The translations under genes and the position numbers were made by a program. This document shows positions 9,421 to 11,903 of a stretch of 11,903 nt of DNA, in pieces; positions within the stretch are counted from its first letter, which is position 1, and each line of letters opens with the position of its first letter. The notes under the pieces are model-generated. The model worked only from the letters and a program-made list of their open reading frames with translations. It was not told where the DNA came from and ran no database searches. Source of the DNA: Octopus sinensis. Taxonomy: Eukaryota. Location: assembly GCF_006345805.1 (NCBI RefSeq), contig NW_021826755.1:1-11903 (forward strand), given 5' to 3'.

Positions 9421-9795
9421 GGCGCAATGGCCCAGTGGTTAGGGCAGCAGACTCGCGGTCGTAAGATTGCGGTTTCGATTCTCAGACCCGACGTTGTGAG
9501 TGCTTATTGTGCAAGAACACCTAAAGCTGCACGTGACTCCGGCAGAGAGTGGTGGCGAACCCTGCTGTACTCTTTCACCACAGCTTTCTCTCACTCTTTC
9601 TTCCTGTTTCTGTTGTACCTGTATTTCAAAGAACCAGCCTTGACACAGTCTGTGTCACGCAGAATCTGCCCGAGAACTACGTTAAGGGTACACGTGTCTG
9701 TGGAATGCTCAGCCACTTGCACGTTAATTTCACGAGCAGGCAGTTCTGTTGATCGGATCAACTGGAACCCTCGTCGTCGTAACCGACGAAGAGCC
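9421..9795 (+). mobile_element. tRNA-derived SINE, separate family
   Basis: Head GGCGCAATGGCCCAGTGGTTAGGGC (A box) and GGTTTCGATTCTC (B-box-like), followed by a ~300-nt body ending at (TA)n. It resembles a recalled octopus repeat; no cloverleaf is supportable. Confidence 0.75.
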
Positions 9796-9797
9796 TC

Positions 9798-9799
<2 letters not shown>

Positions 9800-9837
<38 letters not shown>

Positions 9838-9881
9838 TATATTTATATATATATATATTATATATATATATATATAATATT

Positions 9882-9914
<33 letters not shown>

Positions 9915-9915
9915 C
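9800..9915. repeat. Interrupted (TA)n microsatellite
   Basis: Direct inspection. Confidence 0.95.
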
Positions 9916-10176
9916 AACTCACACACACGCACATACAATCACGCACCATAACACGACACACACACCACACAAATAACACACATATATATGTATATATGAG
10001 TAAAAGGCAGAGGTATTTTAGTGACTATGGTAGATGAAAGAGAGAATTATGGATTGGGAACAAAACAAAACAAAAAAAAAAAAACACAATACAAACAGAA
10101 CATAAATACAAAGTAAAAAGCGTGAGAAGGAAATTAAACGATATATAGGCACATATACATACATGTGTATATGTGC

Positions 10177-10234
<58 letters not shown>

Positions 10235-10485
10235 ATACATATATACACACATAGACACACATAAATCAGTGTGTGTGTTTGCGCGCGTGTGTATGTATGA
10301 CAGGAAGTAAAGTTAAAGAAGACAGGAAATGTTGTACGATGGGAAATATATTAACTTGATGAAACTAAGAACAAAGGGGAGGAAAAAAACAGAAGAATCT
10401 CCCGAACTTCCAGTCCACATTGTATTGCAATTATATATGCATGCCCTGCGTTGACCAGTTCGTTCCGATATAGGGGCCGAGAAGC

Positions 10486-10562
10486 ACCGACACCGACACC
10501 ACCGCCGCCACCACCACCACCGTCACCAGCACCGGCACCACCACCACCACCACCACCACCAC

Positions 10563-10593
<31 letters not shown>

Positions 10594-10946
10594 ACCACCA
10601 CCACAACCACCACCACAACCATCCACCATCACCACCACCACCACCACCACCACCACCGCCACCGCCGCCGCTACCACCACCACCACCACCACCACCACCA
10701 CCACCACCACCTCCGCCGCCGCCATCACCACCACTACCACCGCCACACCACCACCGCCGCCGCCATCACCACCACTACCACCGCCACCACCACCACCGCC
10801 GCCGCCGCCACCACCACCACCAATACCACCTCCACCACCTCCACCACCACCACCACCACCACCACCGCCGCCGCCGCCACCACCACCACCAATACCACCT
10901 CCACCACCTCCACATCCACCACCACCACCACCGACACCGCCGCCGC
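10486..10946. repeat. Compound (CCA)n/(CCG)n trinucleotide repeat with higher-order duplications
   Basis: GCCATCACCACCACTACCACCGCCAC recurs at 10721 and 10762 (41-nt period). CAATACCACCTCCACCACCTCCAC recurs at 10821 and 10890 (69-nt period). Confidence 0.97.
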
Positions 10947-11210
10947 AGCCTTCTCGAAAACAAGGTAGAAGGCGTGTGTGGGTGTGTTTTGTGCGGAGGG
11001 GGGGAAGAAGATACAAATCACGTGACATAAACGTGTCGGGTTATCACGAGAGTGTTTTAAAGTCAAGAGACATCAGGTATACTCCTATTTCCAAATATTT
11101 TACATCCGCTCCCACCCCCACTTCTTTTCTCCATCTCTTCATCCTCTTCCTCTCCTACGTTACTTTTAATATCATTCCATTCATGTTTTCTTCCCCATCT
11201 TCATCTAATT

Positions 11211-11232
11211 ACACACACACACACACACAGAA

Positions 11233-11267
<35 letters not shown>

Positions 11268-11295
11268 TACACACACACATACACACACACACAAA
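11211..11295. repeat. (CA)n microsatellite
   Basis: Direct inspection. Confidence 0.95.
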
Positions 11296-11344
11296 CATAT
11301 AGCTTTGGTAGAACAAATGCAACAAATACAGCTCAATACATGAG

Positions 11345-11484
11345 TATACTCTTTTACTCTTTTACTTGTTTCAGTCATTTGACTGCGGCCATGCTGGGGC
11401 ACCGCCTTTAGTCGAGCAAATCGACCCCGGGACTTATTCTTTGTAAGCCCAGTACTTATTCTATCGGTCTCTTTTGCCGAACCG
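11345..11484 (-). mobile_element. SINE family 1, 5'-truncated copy
   Basis: Reverse complement matches the family 3' end; homology stops abruptly at 11484 next to (ATT)n. Confidence 0.9.
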
Positions 11485-11486
11485 TA

Positions 11487-11487
<1 letters not shown>

Positions 11488-11529
<42 letters not shown>

Positions 11530-11580
11530 GTTATTGTTAATAATAATAATAATAATAATAATAGTCATAATAATAATAAT
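11488..11580. repeat. (ATT)n(AAT)n palindromic microsatellite
   Basis: (ATT/GTT)17 at 11488-11538 directly abuts an (AAT)-type run at 11539-11580. Confidence 0.95.
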
Positions 11581-11587
11581 ATAATTA

Positions 11588-11742
11588 AGACGGTGAGCTG
11601 GCAGAATCATTAGCACGCCGGGCAGTGCCAAACAGCATTTCGTTCGTTCTTACATTCTGAGTTCAAATTCCGACGAGGTCGACTTTGCCGTTCATTGTTT
11701 CGCGATCGATAAAATAAATACCCATTGACCACCCCTTCTCCT
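11588..11742 (+). mobile_element. SINE family 2, head and body with internal deletion
   Basis: GACGGTGAGCTGGCAGAATCATTAGC head, B-box GAGTTCAAATTCC (11659-11671) and GGTCGACTTTGCC...TCGATAAAATAAATACC body; preceded by (AAT)n. Confidence 0.8.
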
Positions 11743-11903
11743 GAATTTGAACTCAGAACATAAAGACAGACGAAATACCTATTTCTTTACTACCCACAAG
11801 GGGCTAAACACAAAGGGGACAAACAAGGACAGACAAACGGAATAAGTCGATTATATGGACCCTAGTGCGTAACTGATACTTAATTTATCGACCCCGAAAG
11901 GGA
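11743..11903 (-). mobile_element. SINE family 2, second copy in opposite orientation (internally duplicated form, continues beyond window)
   Basis: Reverse complement contains CTTTCGGGGTCGATAAATTAAGTATC and then ATTTCGTCTGTCTTTATGTTCTGAGTTCAAATTC. Both are homologous to parts of 11588-11742 but occur in permuted order. Confidence 0.75.

Noticed and set aside
9421-9490. tRNA gene
   Set aside because: A/B boxes are present, but there is no supportable cloverleaf or acceptor stem and the sequence continues into a SINE body. The same applies to the heads at 8057, 6468 and 11588.
9427-9951. 174-aa ORF
   Set aside because: It spans a SINE and (TA)n repeats; no recognisable domain.

Overview
AT-rich, microsatellite- and SINE-dense eukaryotic DNA. 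The SINE families resemble those I recall from Octopus, so the taxon is an inference. The one firm gene feature is an internal coding exon of a Wnt10 gene on the minus strand (1887-2152; NDIL...C...HECQHQ...RWNCS), which is longer than the ORF track shows and has the intron phases seen in vertebrate WNT10A. The next 3' exon is not in the window. Two weaker upstream exon candidates (9234-9349, 4660-4740) join it in one reading frame. The rest contains a 5'-truncated R4/Dong-like non-LTR retrotransposon fragment (3286-3641, missed by the ORF track) embedded in TAA-type microsatellite, about ten copies or fragments of 3-4 tRNA-derived SINE families (several inverted relative to each other), a 44-bp minisatellite within a TTGTCA-motif cluster, a spacerless (ATT)n(AAT)n palindrome, a ~460-bp CCA/CCG repeat and many simple repeats. 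Most ORFs in the track are repeat artefacts. I see no prokaryote-type system; the findings are hypotheses about splicing, regulation and retroposon targeting.
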